The notes beneath the pieces are model-generated. The model had not been told where the DNA came from, did not search any database, and saw only the letters and a program-made list of their open reading frames with translations. A stretch of DNA of 64,000 bases, taken from an uncultured Bacteroidales bacterium. Its GTDB lineage: Bacteria; Bacteroidota; Bacteroidia; Bacteroidales; VadinHA17. Within the stretch, counting starts at the first letter, position 1. The number at the start of each line of letters is the position of its first letter. The DNA is taken from the NCBI GenBank assembly GCA_963838215.1, contig CAWIQG010000003.1, positions 320,240-384,239 on the forward strand, written 5' to 3'. A program made the position numbers and the translations under genes. This document shows positions 27,962 through 37,912 of the stretch, piece after piece.

Positions 27962-27989
27962 ATTTCTGATTTCTGATTTCTGATTTCTA
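27962..27989. repeat. heptamer tandem array (ATTTCTG) x4
   Basis: ATTTCTGATTTCTGATTTCTGATTTCTA, between the radical-SAM stop (27991) and the addB-like start (27931). Confidence 0.85.
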
Positions 27990-27990
27990 A

Positions 27991-28953
27991 TTAATATAGT
28001 CTTCCCTGCCAGGTATCAAACTCTTCAAGACGTTTTTCAATAAATTTAACGATCTGGTCGGAACGTATTCTGCCCCAGCCTTCTCCAGCCAGAAAACGTG
28101 GAGGTGCTTCACCTGTAAAACGTTCTACAATAATGGAAGGATTTAATCTTTCAAGGAATCTTACAAAGAAATCGAGATACTCTTCCATTGTAAAAAGCTC
28201 AAAATCGCCTGGATTGCTCTGAAATTCCTTTTCCATCATTGTCCCTTTCATAATCTGAAGCTGATGAAATTTTATTGTTCTGAGAGGCAACCGGGAGATA
28301 ATTGCAGCCTCATCAGACATTTCCTGTTTTGTTTCGCCAGGCAAGCCGAAAATAAAATGGGCACCGGTATTTATTCCAAGTTCAGCTGTTCGTTCAACGG
28401 CCCTTACTGCATCTTCAAATGAATGTCCACGATTGATCCGCTTTAGTGTTTTGTTGTAACACGATTCTATCCCATATTCAAGAACAAGGTAACAAGTTTT
28501 GGACAGCTCTCTTAAATATTCAAGCTTTTCTTCATCAATGCAATCCGGCCTTGTCCCGATTATCAGACCTTTCACTCCCGGATAATTCAATGCTTCCTTA
28601 TAAAGTTTTTTTAATGTCTCAAGTGAAGCATAAGTATTGGAGTATGCCTGAAAATAAGCCAGGTACGAAACAGCCCCGTTATATCTCCATCTGTGAAATT
28701 CAATTCCTTCCTCAATCTGTTGAGAAACTGATTTTGAAGGAGCGCAATACGAAGGATTAAATGCATCATTGTTACAATATGTACAGCCACCCGATCCTTT
28801 TGTTCCATCGCGATTAGGGCAGGTGAAACCGGCGTCAATGGAAACCTTCTGAACCCTGGCTCCATAGGTGTTTCTGAAATAATCGGAATAGGCATTGAAT
28901 CTTCGTTCATGGCCCCATGGATACACCATTTTCTCTTTCTTAACTGCCGGCAT
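27991..28953 (-). CDS. radical SAM protein (TIGR01212/YhcC-like)
   Basis: 320 aa. A Cys-rich segment FTCPNRDGTKGSGGCTYCNN near the N-terminus, and a TIM-barrel-like remainder typical of this radical SAM subfamily. Confidence 0.75.
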   Translation of the reverse strand: MPAVKKEKMVYPWGHERRFNAYSDYFRNTYGARVQKVSIDAGFTCPNRDGTKGSGGCTYCNNDAFNPSYCAPSKSVSQQIEEGIEFHRWRYNGAVSYLAYFQAYSNTYASLETLKKLYKEALNYPGVKGLIIGTRPDCIDEEKLEYLRELSKTCYLVLEYGIESCYNKTLKRINRGHSFEDAVRAVERTAELGINTGAHFIFGLPGETKQEMSDEAAIISRLPLRTIKFHQLQIMKGTMMEKEFQSNPGDFELFTMEEYLDFFVRFLERLNPSIIVERFTGEAPPRFLAGEGWGRIRSDQIVKFIEKRLEEFDTWQGRLY

Positions 28954-31900
28954 TTACAGATACAATTATATTCTTGTCAACATACCAGATAAAAGCTTCA
29001 ATATTACTATATCCCATATTGGAGAGTAAACGACGATACTGATCAACCTGTCCGGCATAATGAGGATTCTCCTCCCCAAACTTAAAATCAATAATTATAG
29101 CCTTACCATCTTTAAATATAACCCTGTCGGGACGACGTGTAACACCTGATGGTAATAATATACCTGCTTCAGTCATCACTTCATTACCGGACATAAACCA
29201 ATCTGCAACCTGAGGTATCCTGATCAGTGAGTTTACTCTTTTTTCAATGTCAGAGGATTCTTCTTCAGGCAGCTTGCCTTCAAGAACCAGTTTCCTTACA
29301 GCGGATGGAATATCGGATGGAGTATTAATTCCTTCAAAAACCTCGTGCATCAGTTTTCCATAGTTGATCTTTTTTCTTACCGCAATTTTATCTGTTGAAA
29401 AATAATTTTCACCGTGAAGCTTCAGCTTAAGCGACTCCATCTCGCGGCTGACGGAATATCCTGAAGAGATAAGATTCAAATTATCTTTTTTCTCCCTGCT
29501 TTTCACCGGTATTTTCCCAAATTCGAATAATCGTTTTTCACTGCTGTAAAAACTATTCAGCTTAAATCGTGAAAGTTCCGGAACTTCCGAATCAAGAATA
29601 ACAGCATTCTTTAGCACTCCGGCAATAGTGCTTTCAGACCTGGGATTATCTACTGAAAATCCATAAATAGCGTCTTTTGCTCTGGTAAGTGCAACATATA
29701 GCAGGTTAATATTATCGAGGTAAACCGAATATTTTTCTTCCTTAAAATCATCAGCAAAGATAGTGTTGGACAACTCCTTTCTATACTTCACAGGAACTAT
29801 ACCCAGTTCATTGAAAGGAGGTGCTGACGGTTTAACCCACAGAATGGGTTGTTTAGATGAAATATGATCGAGGTTCCAGGAGAGAAAAGGCAGAATAACC
29901 ACTTTGAATTCGAGTCCCTTCGACTTATGAATGGTCAGAATTCTCATTGCATCCTGGTTCCCCGGCAGGACGACAGATTTTTTTGTTCCGGTTGATTCCC
30001 ACCAGTCGAGGAATGATTGAATATCAGTATTTTTATTCCCGGTAAAACTCAAAATATGATCCTGAAAAGTATTCAGGTAAGCTACGTTCCAGGAATATTC
30101 TCCAAGATCAAAGAACCTTATAATGCTTTCAGTTGCTTCAAAAAGAGGCATTTGCCTAATCCCTTCGAGAAAAACTTCATAACCTTCCGGGAAATAAAGC
30201 TGTGACAGTTCAATCAGTTTATCACTTACCAGAGGCACTTTATCAGCCTCTTCATCTCCTTTTGCCAGAAGAAAGAATCTTAACATCAGGGCCCGGCTTA
30301 TCATATCTGCAGGATCATTTACCACTGAGATCACAGCAATAATGAAGTTAATTGCGGGAGAGTTTGAAAGCAGCAGTGAATCGTTTGATACTGCAGTAAA
30401 ATTATAAGCGCTCTTCTTTTCGGACGAACAGTTATTACTGTAGTCAATCAATGTCTTCAGAACCTGTGCCCCCTCCTTCCCATCGCGAACAATAATTCCA
30501 ATATCCGATGCATTATAACCTTTTCCTGTAGAGATTCAATTATAGCAGGAAGTCTCTCAAGTACAACTTCCTCCCACTTCTGTTCCTTCTCATTTTCTAT
30601 GAACTCCAGTCTTACATATCCGCCACTGCTGTTACCGGGATCGCCCTGAACAGCTTCAGAATAAAGTCTTCTGAAGCTCACCGGAAGTGTTTCACCTGCA
30701 AGTGTTTCATCAATCTGAAAAGGAATAATTGTAAAGAGCGAGTTATTGAATCTGATAATATTTGAACGGCTCCTCCAGTTTGTTGTCAATGGCTCACTAA
30801 TGAACCTGTCGTTGTCAACCATGCTGTTGAGTATTGAACCCAGAATCCGCCAGTCGCTGTTTCTCCACCTGTAAATTGATTGTTTCACGTCGCCCACAAC
30901 CAGGTTATCGAAACCCTCTGCCATGCTGTTTTCGATCAATGGCCTGAAATTATTCCACTGCATTATTGACGTATCCTGAAACTCATCGATCATGAAATTT
31001 TCATAAATATTGCCCACCTTTTCATAAATAAAAGGAGATTGATCCCCCCGGGTTATGAGGCTAAGTAATTCACCTGCATCGGATAAAAGAAAACTGTTTT
31101 CAGAATTGGTAATAAGATGAACATTGTGTAAAACGTCCGATAAGATTCCAAGGGCATAGATGTTAGACATAACAGCATCTGCACTTTTACAGCGGACTAT
31201 ATTATCATCATAAAAATGAATGGCTTCTTTCAATACTTTCTCCAGTCCGTTATTAATAGCATCCTGAAGTTGCGATGCAATTGAACCAGTTGACCACCTG
31301 GGAGGGTCATTTTCAATTTCACGGACATATCTGTTGGGCTCATTTACACTGCCGGAAGCAAGCGACCTGATAAAACGGGGCACTCCCTGACCCTTCCGAT
31401 AAAACAGATCATCGGACAATCCGAATTCTGAAAATAATCCTTCAGCTCTCTTACCATAATCAAGCAACTGTTTCTTAAATGAAGAAGATACAGATCTGAT
31501 CTTTTCAATATATTCGACAAGAAATTTTTTATTTTCAAGATTTGAACGCTCCCCGGTCGAAAGAATCCTGAATTTTTCCCTGAACAGTTCCTCTGCAAGT
31601 TTAATTATGCCGTCTTTCAGGTTCCAGCTTTTTTCTTCATCTATATTAGACATTGCATAAGAAATCAGCCAGTTTTTCAGCTGAGCATCAGAAGCAGCGG
31701 ATGCAATCATTTCATCAACAGCTGAAGATAATATTGTACTATGGTCCAGTTCAATATTAAATCCGGAATGAAGTCCGACCTCCCTGGCAAAGGCCCGCAA
31801 TATCTTCTGGAAAAAACTATCTATTGTAGAAACAGAGAACCGGGAAAAATCGTGCAGGATAGAATGCAGTATTTCTTTAGCTTCTGCCCTTATCCACTCT

Positions 31901-32148
31901 TCTGTTTTATTACAGGCATTAACCAGTTCCGGCAAATATTCTGAGTTCTCCCCGACAGCGAGTTTCTGAAGATTATCAAGGATTCTGGATTTCATTTCAG
32001 CAGTGGCTTTGTTGGTGAATGTCACTGCAAGTATCTTCCTGTAGTTGTATCTCGATTTGAATAGCCTTGTAAGATAAATGCCTGTCAGTTTATAAGTTTT
32101 TCCTGATCCTGCTGAAGCGCTGTATATGGTTAGAGTTCCTTGTTCCAT
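28940..32148 (-). pseudogene. UvrD/AddA-like helicase-nuclease, split by a 1-nt frameshift (or a sequencing error) near 30517-30528
   Basis: ORF 30457..32148 has Walker A SASAGSGKTY and UvrD motifs. ORF 28940..30451 has ILTIHKSKGLEFKVVILPF, VALTRAKDA and a C-terminal PD-(D/E)XK-like RPDRVIF...IIDFKFG. The frame-B reading GYNASDIGIIVRDGKEGAQVLKTLIDYSNN continues frame A directly if one A is added to the run CAGGAAAAGG. Confidence 0.75.
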
Positions 32149-32216
32149 TGTGGGTTAAAGTTACCGAATTTTACGCATTAGATTTTGCAAGGCTAAATAA
32201 AATTTGTCTTGCAGGT

Positions 32217-32277
32217 CCTTTAGTCCCTTCGTCTCTTAGTCCCTTAGTCCCTTAGTCCCTTAGTCCCTTAGTCCCTT
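32217..32277. repeat. octamer tandem array (CCTTAGTC)n, about 7.5 units
   Basis: CCTTAGTC CCTTCGTC TCTTAGTC, then CCTTAGTC x4. Located in the divergent region between the addA-like start and mnmA. Confidence 0.9.
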
Positions 32278-32313
32278 AAAAGGATCAATAGCCTTTTTAA
32301 CTATCTTTGCGTT

Positions 32314-33513
32314 GTGAAAAAGAGGGTCGTAATAGGGCTATCAGGGGGCGTGGATTCCAGCGTTGCAGCATGGGCACTAAAGGAACAAGGGTATGATGTT
32401 ATAGGCTTATTCATGAAAAACTGGCACGACACTACAGGGTTGCTTCAGAGCGACTGCCATTGGGAAGATGACCTTATGTTTGCGGAGATGGTTGCCAAAA
32501 AGCTTAAAATACCTTTTCATCAGGTTGACCTCAGTGGTCCTTATCGTCAGCGGGTAGTTGATTACATGTTTGCTGAATATGAAAAGGGCCGTACTCCAAA
32601 TCCTGACATCTTATGCAACAGGGAAATAAAATTTGATTCATTTGCTGAAGAGGCGCATAAACTTGGCGGAGACTTTGTTGCTACCGGTCATTACTGCAGG
32701 AAAGAAAGTATAAGTGTTAATAATACACTTATATACAGACTTCTTGCAGGAAAAGACAAAAACAAAGATCAGAGCTATTTTCTTTGCCAGGTCAGTCAGA
32801 AGCAGCTTGCAGCTTCACTTTTTCCTGTTGGTGATCTGACAAAACCTGAAGTTCGCAAAATAGCTGACAAACTGGGGCTGGCTACAGCTCATCGAAAAGA
32901 TTCGCAGGGTATATGTTTCGTCGGGAAGGTGCATCTGCCGACTTTCCTTCAGCAGAAGCTGGAAGCGAAAAAAGGGAATATAATTGAAATAGTTGAATCA
33001 ATTTATTTTCGGAAGATAGCAGAAGGATTGCCCGATGGAGAAGTGTCAGAAAAGTTGTTGTTATCCCTTGCAGAGCCCTATAAATATCACCCAACTAACG
33101 GACAAATTATCGGGACACATAACGGAGCACATTTCTTTACAATCGGTCAGAGAAAAGGAATGAATGTCGGGGGGCATAAAGAAGCTTTGTTTGTAATAGG
33201 GATAGATGTTGAAAAAAACATCGTTTATGTCGGTGAAGGTCAGTCTCATCCGGGCCTTAACAGAAAAGGATTATTTGTAAGGCATGACGAGACACATTGG
33301 ATCAGAACAGATTTACGGATGATTGCCGGGGAGAGTCGCGATTATATGGTCAGGATAAGATATCGGCAGCCATTGCAGAGCGCCAGGCTTTTTTGCCTCG
33401 AAAAAGGAATATACATCATATTTGATAAGCCTCAGCGTGGCATCGCCCCTGGTCAGTTTGCAGCATGGTATGATGGGGATGAGGTTATCGGTTCGGGGGT
33501 GATTGACAGGTGA
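32314..33513 (+). CDS. mnmA: tRNA 2-thiouridine(34) synthase MnmA
   Basis: 399 aa. PP-loop GLSGGVDSSV, NPDILCN and DSQGICF are catalytic-Cys motifs. GTG start. Confidence 0.93.
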   Translation: MKKRVVIGLSGGVDSSVAAWALKEQGYDVIGLFMKNWHDTTGLLQSDCHWEDDLMFAEMVAKKLKIPFHQVDLSGPYRQRVVDYMFAEYEKGRTPNPDILCNREIKFDSFAEEAHKLGGDFVATGHYCRKESISVNNTLIYRLLAGKDKNKDQSYFLCQVSQKQLAASLFPVGDLTKPEVRKIADKLGLATAHRKDSQGICFVGKVHLPTFLQQKLEAKKGNIIEIVESIYFRKIAEGLPDGEVSEKLLLSLAEPYKYHPTNGQIIGTHNGAHFFTIGQRKGMNVGGHKEALFVIGIDVEKNIVYVGEGQSHPGLNRKGLFVRHDETHWIRTDLRMIAGESRDYMVRIRYRQPLQSARLFCLEKGIYIIFDKPQRGIAPGQFAAWYDGDEVIGSGVIDR

Positions 33514-33663
33514 TAGCTGGGACGAAGAGACGAAGAGACAAAAGACGCACGACTCACGGTACAGGACGCAAGTTGAAGAACAAATTAACCATGATAAGAT
33601 ATTGCAAATATCTTTTAGATAATAGTGAGTGCGGCAATATTATTTACCAGTTGCAGATCTCTA

Positions 33664-35676
33664 TTATTTGGTTCCGCTAGGCTCAACCTGCGCTGCTATC
33701 TGTTCAATCTTTTCCTTAAGTAAACCAAGTTCAGATTTAAGTTGCTGGTTCTCCAGTTTTGTGGCTTCGATCTGTTGCTGCTGTTCTTTGATGGCTTCAA
33801 CCAGTACCGGTACAACATCGCCATAAGCAACTGATTTTGTTTGCATTTTATCAGTGGCCGTACTTACAACCTGGGGCAATACTTTTTCAATATCCTGGGC
33901 TGCAAAACCGATATGGTTTCTGTCATCAACATTTAGTTCCGGGTTTACGGTTTTATCCCAATAAAAGGTAATACCCTGTAAAGCCATTACTTTGTCAAGT
34001 GCTCCGATAATTGGTTGGATGTCTTTCTTTAGACGTATATCGGAAGTATTAGCATATGGACTTGTTCCAGCTACGCTGCCCTTTACCTCAAGAGTATAGC
34101 TGGGAGAAGCAGTTCCTATACCGACTTGTTTTGCAGAAAAATCGCCATAAATCAGAGGAGTTGAAATATTTGTTGAGTTTTCAATGAAGAGTTTATTATC
34201 ACCCGCGTATTGCTGACCAGCCTGATAACCTATAAGGACATTACCTAGTCCCTGGCAATTATAGCCACTACCGTATCCAATGAAAACATTATTATTCCCA
34301 TAATTAAATCTCCCGGACATGTCACCCAGAAAAACGTTGTAATTCGGATTATTGTTTGGATATACTGATTCCTGCCCCTCCCCTGCCTGGGAACCAATCA
34401 TGGTGTTGCCTACACCAATCTTATTGTAATAACCGGCATAGTACCCCAGAAATATATTTTCGACTCCTGATGTATTATAATAACCTGAAGAATATCCAAG
34501 AAAAGTATTAAAATCAGCATCATTATTAGCTCCTGCATCAGATCCTATAAAGGTGTTTGTACCGCCTGATATATTATTAAGCCCGCTTCCATATCCAATG
34601 AATGTGTTACCTGTTCCGCTCTGATTGCTATATCCGCTTGCATCGCCTAAAAACACATTATCATAACCTCCAATATTACTATAGCCTGCACGATTTCCAA
34701 TAAAGACATTCGTAAAACCTGATATATTTCCTGAACCTGCCTGATAGCCCATAAAACAGTTTTGATAACCGCTGACATTGTTTAGACCTGCCTGGTAACC
34801 AATAAATGAGTTATATATCCCATTAAGACCTCCCGATGGAACAGTTTTTAAACCTGCCTGTTCCCCGATAAATACATTGAGCGGGGTAAGATTTAAATAA
34901 TTCACTTTCCCGGCTGCGACAGTATCAGTCTGTACCTTAAGATAACTATCATATTTCCCTTTTGATGTGCCGAAGCCACCTATTGCAAATCCACCCTTTG
35001 CTCCTTTGTCAGTGTCATCAATATATACTCTTACAGTATCGGACTTTACATAAAAATACTTCTGGGAAACACTTTTACCGGTTCCAAAACCTCCAATGGC
35101 AAAACCACCTTTAGCACCTTTGGAACCATTGTCGACATATACTCTTACTGCTTCATTATATACTGCGAAGACGGTATCGCCGGCTGCGTTTCTGACTGCA
35201 AATAGAGCCGGGTCTTTGGTTGTTGTCGTACCATCCACTTCGAGCTGGCTAAGTGACCCTTTCAAATTTCCTGCAACCAACGAATATGGTACCGACCAGA
35301 GTTGTGTTGTCCCCATTACTGTAAAGTCAGGAATAGAAGGAGGATTTTCGATTTCTGTTTTCAGATACAAAGTCTGGCTTCCCCATGGAATATCTGAAAA
35401 AACACCTGCTGATCCTCCCGTCTTTGAACCGTTGCCTATAACTAATACCATTACTCCAAACTTATCAGTAATTATTGAATGTGTTTCTATCCAGAATTCA
35501 TTACCACTTGCTAATGCCGGTTGGATGGAAATTCTTACAGTAAGACCCTGATTGGGTAAAACTGCTCCGGTTCCATCGCGGGCAATAGCCTGGTAATTGA
35601 AACCCTGGGGTACCTGGGAAGGCAAAAGACAAAAGTAAAAAGACAAAAGAACAGAGAGGAGGAATTTTGTTTTCAT
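33664..35676 (-). CDS. secreted fibre/adhesin-like protein with a C-terminal peptidase S74 (tail-fibre intramolecular chaperone) domain
   Basis: The start is set at MKTKFLLSVLLSFYFCLLPSQ (signal peptide); the upstream ORF extension is not credible. About 14-15-aa repeats NxFxGYxAGxxN. C-terminus SDIRLKKDIQPIIGALDKVMALQGITFYWDK...IGFAAQDIEKVLPQVV...VEAIKEQQQQIEATKLEN matches the S74 domain plus a coiled coil. Confidence 0.8.
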   Translation of the reverse strand: MKTKFLLSVLLSFYFCLLPSQVPQGFNYQAIARDGTGAVLPNQGLTVRISIQPALASGNEFWIETHSIITDKFGVMVLVIGNGSKTGGSAGVFSDIPWGSQTLYLKTEIENPPSIPDFTVMGTTQLWSVPYSLVAGNLKGSLSQLEVDGTTTTKDPALFAVRNAAGDTVFAVYNEAVRVYVDNGSKGAKGGFAIGGFGTGKSVSQKYFYVKSDTVRVYIDDTDKGAKGGFAIGGFGTSKGKYDSYLKVQTDTVAAGKVNYLNLTPLNVFIGEQAGLKTVPSGGLNGIYNSFIGYQAGLNNVSGYQNCFMGYQAGSGNISGFTNVFIGNRAGYSNIGGYDNVFLGDASGYSNQSGTGNTFIGYGSGLNNISGGTNTFIGSDAGANNDADFNTFLGYSSGYYNTSGVENIFLGYYAGYYNKIGVGNTMIGSQAGEGQESVYPNNNPNYNVFLGDMSGRFNYGNNNVFIGYGSGYNCQGLGNVLIGYQAGQQYAGDNKLFIENSTNISTPLIYGDFSAKQVGIGTASPSYTLEVKGSVAGTSPYANTSDIRLKKDIQPIIGALDKVMALQGITFYWDKTVNPELNVDDRNHIGFAAQDIEKVLPQVVSTATDKMQTKSVAYGDVVPVLVEAIKEQQQQIEATKLENQQLKSELGLLKEKIEQIAAQVEPSGTK

Positions 35677-35897
35677 AACAATAAGTTTTAACGGTTGAAA
35701 GACGCTAAGATTTAACGGCACAACGGCACAATGGCGCAATGGTAATAAGAATATTACATAGTCGAAATCTATTAATTTCAGAGGAAAGTTAGAATAAAAG
35801 ATATTACAAATCAAGTTTTTTTTGATGAATAGGTAAGGATTTAACATTTGAGGCGGGTTATAGGCGACAGGGGATGACTGAGGGTGAGGAACTGAGG

Positions 35898-35980
35898 GAC
35901 TTAGTGACGAAGAGACTTAGAGACTTAGTGACGAAGAGACTTAGAGACTTAGTGACGAAGAGACTTAGAGACTTAGTGAT
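35898..35980. repeat. 24-nt compound tandem repeat (3 x 8-mers), about 3.5 copies
   Basis: GACTTAGTGACGAAGAGACTTAGA x3, plus GACTTAGTGAT. Immediately downstream of the M1 peptidase stop. Confidence 0.9.
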
Positions 35981-35989
35981 AATATTTCA

Positions 35990-37573
35990 CTATTGAAACA
36001 AGAGGTTTACATGTGGATCGGGAATAATTGTAACATCACCGGTTAAAGGCACGTTGATTTTTGTAGTTTTCTCTTTTACAGAAACATTTACTATTTTCTC
36101 TTCTGAAGGACTTTTAATTAAAAGTTCCAGGTTAAATTCAAAAAGATTCTCCTGTTTCTGTTCAATATATACTTCGATTGTTCCTTTTTTCTTTCCTGGC
36201 ACTTGCCATATACTGAGTTCCGGCTGACCGGCTGTGTATAGCCATTGTTGGAAGAATTTGCCGAGGTTCTTTCCACTGACCTCCTCCATTATATTCTCAA
36301 AATCTTTAGTGAGGACATTGGAATTGCAGAAGCGTTCATAATATAACCGCAATCCTTTCATGAAAACATCATCGCCAAGATCGTGCCTGAGCATGTGAAG
36401 TACCCACGCACCTTTCTGATAAGAATTGGGATTGAGCAGATCCATCAGGTTTGTCAAAGTAGTATCTATCACAGGTTTTGACTTTTGTTTATCGTATCTC
36501 AAAATTGTTTCCCTTGCCGATCTCATATCTGATTCAAGCCTTTTTTTTCCCTGTAACGACTCAAAATAGAGCGAAGTCATATATGTTGCAAACCCTTCAC
36601 TCAGCCATATATGATACCAGTCAGCCTCTGTAACACAATCACCAAACCACTGATGAGCTATCTCGTGAGCCATAAGTCCTTCTGCCCTACCCAACCCGGT
36701 CACGGAGTTTTCAGAATAAAAAATTGTACCAGCATTCTCAAGTCCTCCGTAAATTGTTTTTGACTGAACATTTGCCAGTTTTTCGTAGGGATAATTTCCA
36801 ATTACGGTGCTGTAATATTTAAGTGGTCCGACAGCCACTGAATAATCCGAAAAACCCTCTTTACGATTTTCAGGAAATACCCACGTCCATACCGGAATAT
36901 TATTGATGCTGCCAACTGATTGTGTAGCGAATGCGGCTGTGCCGAAAGTCATTACCTTGGTTGGAATCGGAACAGGTTCGCTCCAATGTGTAAGGGTCAG
37001 ATTACCCGGAAGAGCCGACTCTTCAACAAGGAGACCGTTTGCCACAACTTTGTACCTGTCAGGAGCTGTAATGATAAAATCGACAGATGCTTTATCATAA
37101 GGATGGTCGATACAGGGAAGATAACAATGAGCCCTGTCGGGCCAGTGATCAGCAAAAAATGTGCGGTCACCGAATTTGTTTTTCGAAATAATGAGACCGT
37201 CGGACGGAACGCCCCGGTATTCAATCACAAATTCCAGAGTATCATTCTGCTTAGCCTGATTACCAAAAAGAACGGTCAACCTTTCTTCACTTTGTCTCCA
37301 TTTTGCTTTATCATTTCTTAATAATACTTCTTTTACGATCATTCCCTTACCTTCATTATTTGGACCTTTCAGATCGAAGGAGATTGAATCAGCCTCATTA
37401 ATGAATCTTACTTTTATTAAAGCTCTTCCCACAATCATATCGGTTGAGTCATTAAGGGTCAGGGCAAATTCATAATGTAGCACATCAGCATTTTTATTAC
37501 GAGGATATCTGTCGTTTGCTGAGACAACACATAATGCTATGAAGAGGAAACAGATACAAAAAAATCTTCTCAT
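35990..37573 (-). CDS. M1-family zinc aminopeptidase, secreted
   Basis: The start is set at MRRFFCICFLFIALCVVSAN (signal peptide). Exopeptidase motif GGLENAG, zinc motif HEIAHQWFGD and the downstream Glu in WLSEGFATY. Confidence 0.88.
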   Translation of the reverse strand: MRRFFCICFLFIALCVVSANDRYPRNKNADVLHYEFALTLNDSTDMIVGRALIKVRFINEADSISFDLKGPNNEGKGMIVKEVLLRNDKAKWRQSEERLTVLFGNQAKQNDTLEFVIEYRGVPSDGLIISKNKFGDRTFFADHWPDRAHCYLPCIDHPYDKASVDFIITAPDRYKVVANGLLVEESALPGNLTLTHWSEPVPIPTKVMTFGTAAFATQSVGSINNIPVWTWVFPENRKEGFSDYSVAVGPLKYYSTVIGNYPYEKLANVQSKTIYGGLENAGTIFYSENSVTGLGRAEGLMAHEIAHQWFGDCVTEADWYHIWLSEGFATYMTSLYFESLQGKKRLESDMRSARETILRYDKQKSKPVIDTTLTNLMDLLNPNSYQKGAWVLHMLRHDLGDDVFMKGLRLYYERFCNSNVLTKDFENIMEEVSGKNLGKFFQQWLYTAGQPELSIWQVPGKKKGTIEVYIEQKQENLFEFNLELLIKSPSEEKIVNVSVKEKTTKINVPLTGDVTIIPDPHVNLLFQ

Positions 37574-37587
37574 GACCTGGTTATTTA

Positions 37588-37791
37588 TTACAATAATGAA
37601 TTCGTCGCTAAGTTGTTTTTTTGCCGGCTTACAACAAAAACACCTGCAAAAATAAGCAAAGCAGAGATTACCATCACAAGGTTTATATGGTCCGGCATTA
37701 CAACTTTGGCATTGGAAAAATTGACTCCATATATAATGTTGGCAGCCAGAAGTGAAAAGTGAGCCCATGTTTTAACCATGCTTTTATGCAT
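37588..37791 (-). pseudogene. possible internally deleted remnant of an EamA/DMT transporter gene
   Basis: The 67-aa ORF joins an EamA-like N-terminus (WAHFSLLAANIIYGVNFSNAKVVMPDHI) directly to an EamA-like C-terminal helix (VISALLIFAGVFVVSRQK). This is far too short for a 10-TM DMT protein. Confidence 0.35.
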
Positions 37792-37912
37792 ACCCGGAAT
37801 TTGAGTCGCAAAAATAGTAAAAGCCGGATACCAAGCAAATTCTGGAAGGAGTATCCGGCGTTGCTATAAAATGACAGTTTAAAAATAATAATTTAAAATG
37901 AATAATTGATTA

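Noticed and set aside
35677-35847. N-terminal extensions in the ORF track: 33664..35847, and similarly 35990..37768, 56213..58213 and 60943..61710
   Set aside because: In each case an internal Met begins a clear signal peptide or a conserved N-terminus (MKTKFLL..., MRRFFCICF..., [22 protein letters not shown]). The upstream extension is Cys/Phe-rich or covers intergenic tandem repeats.
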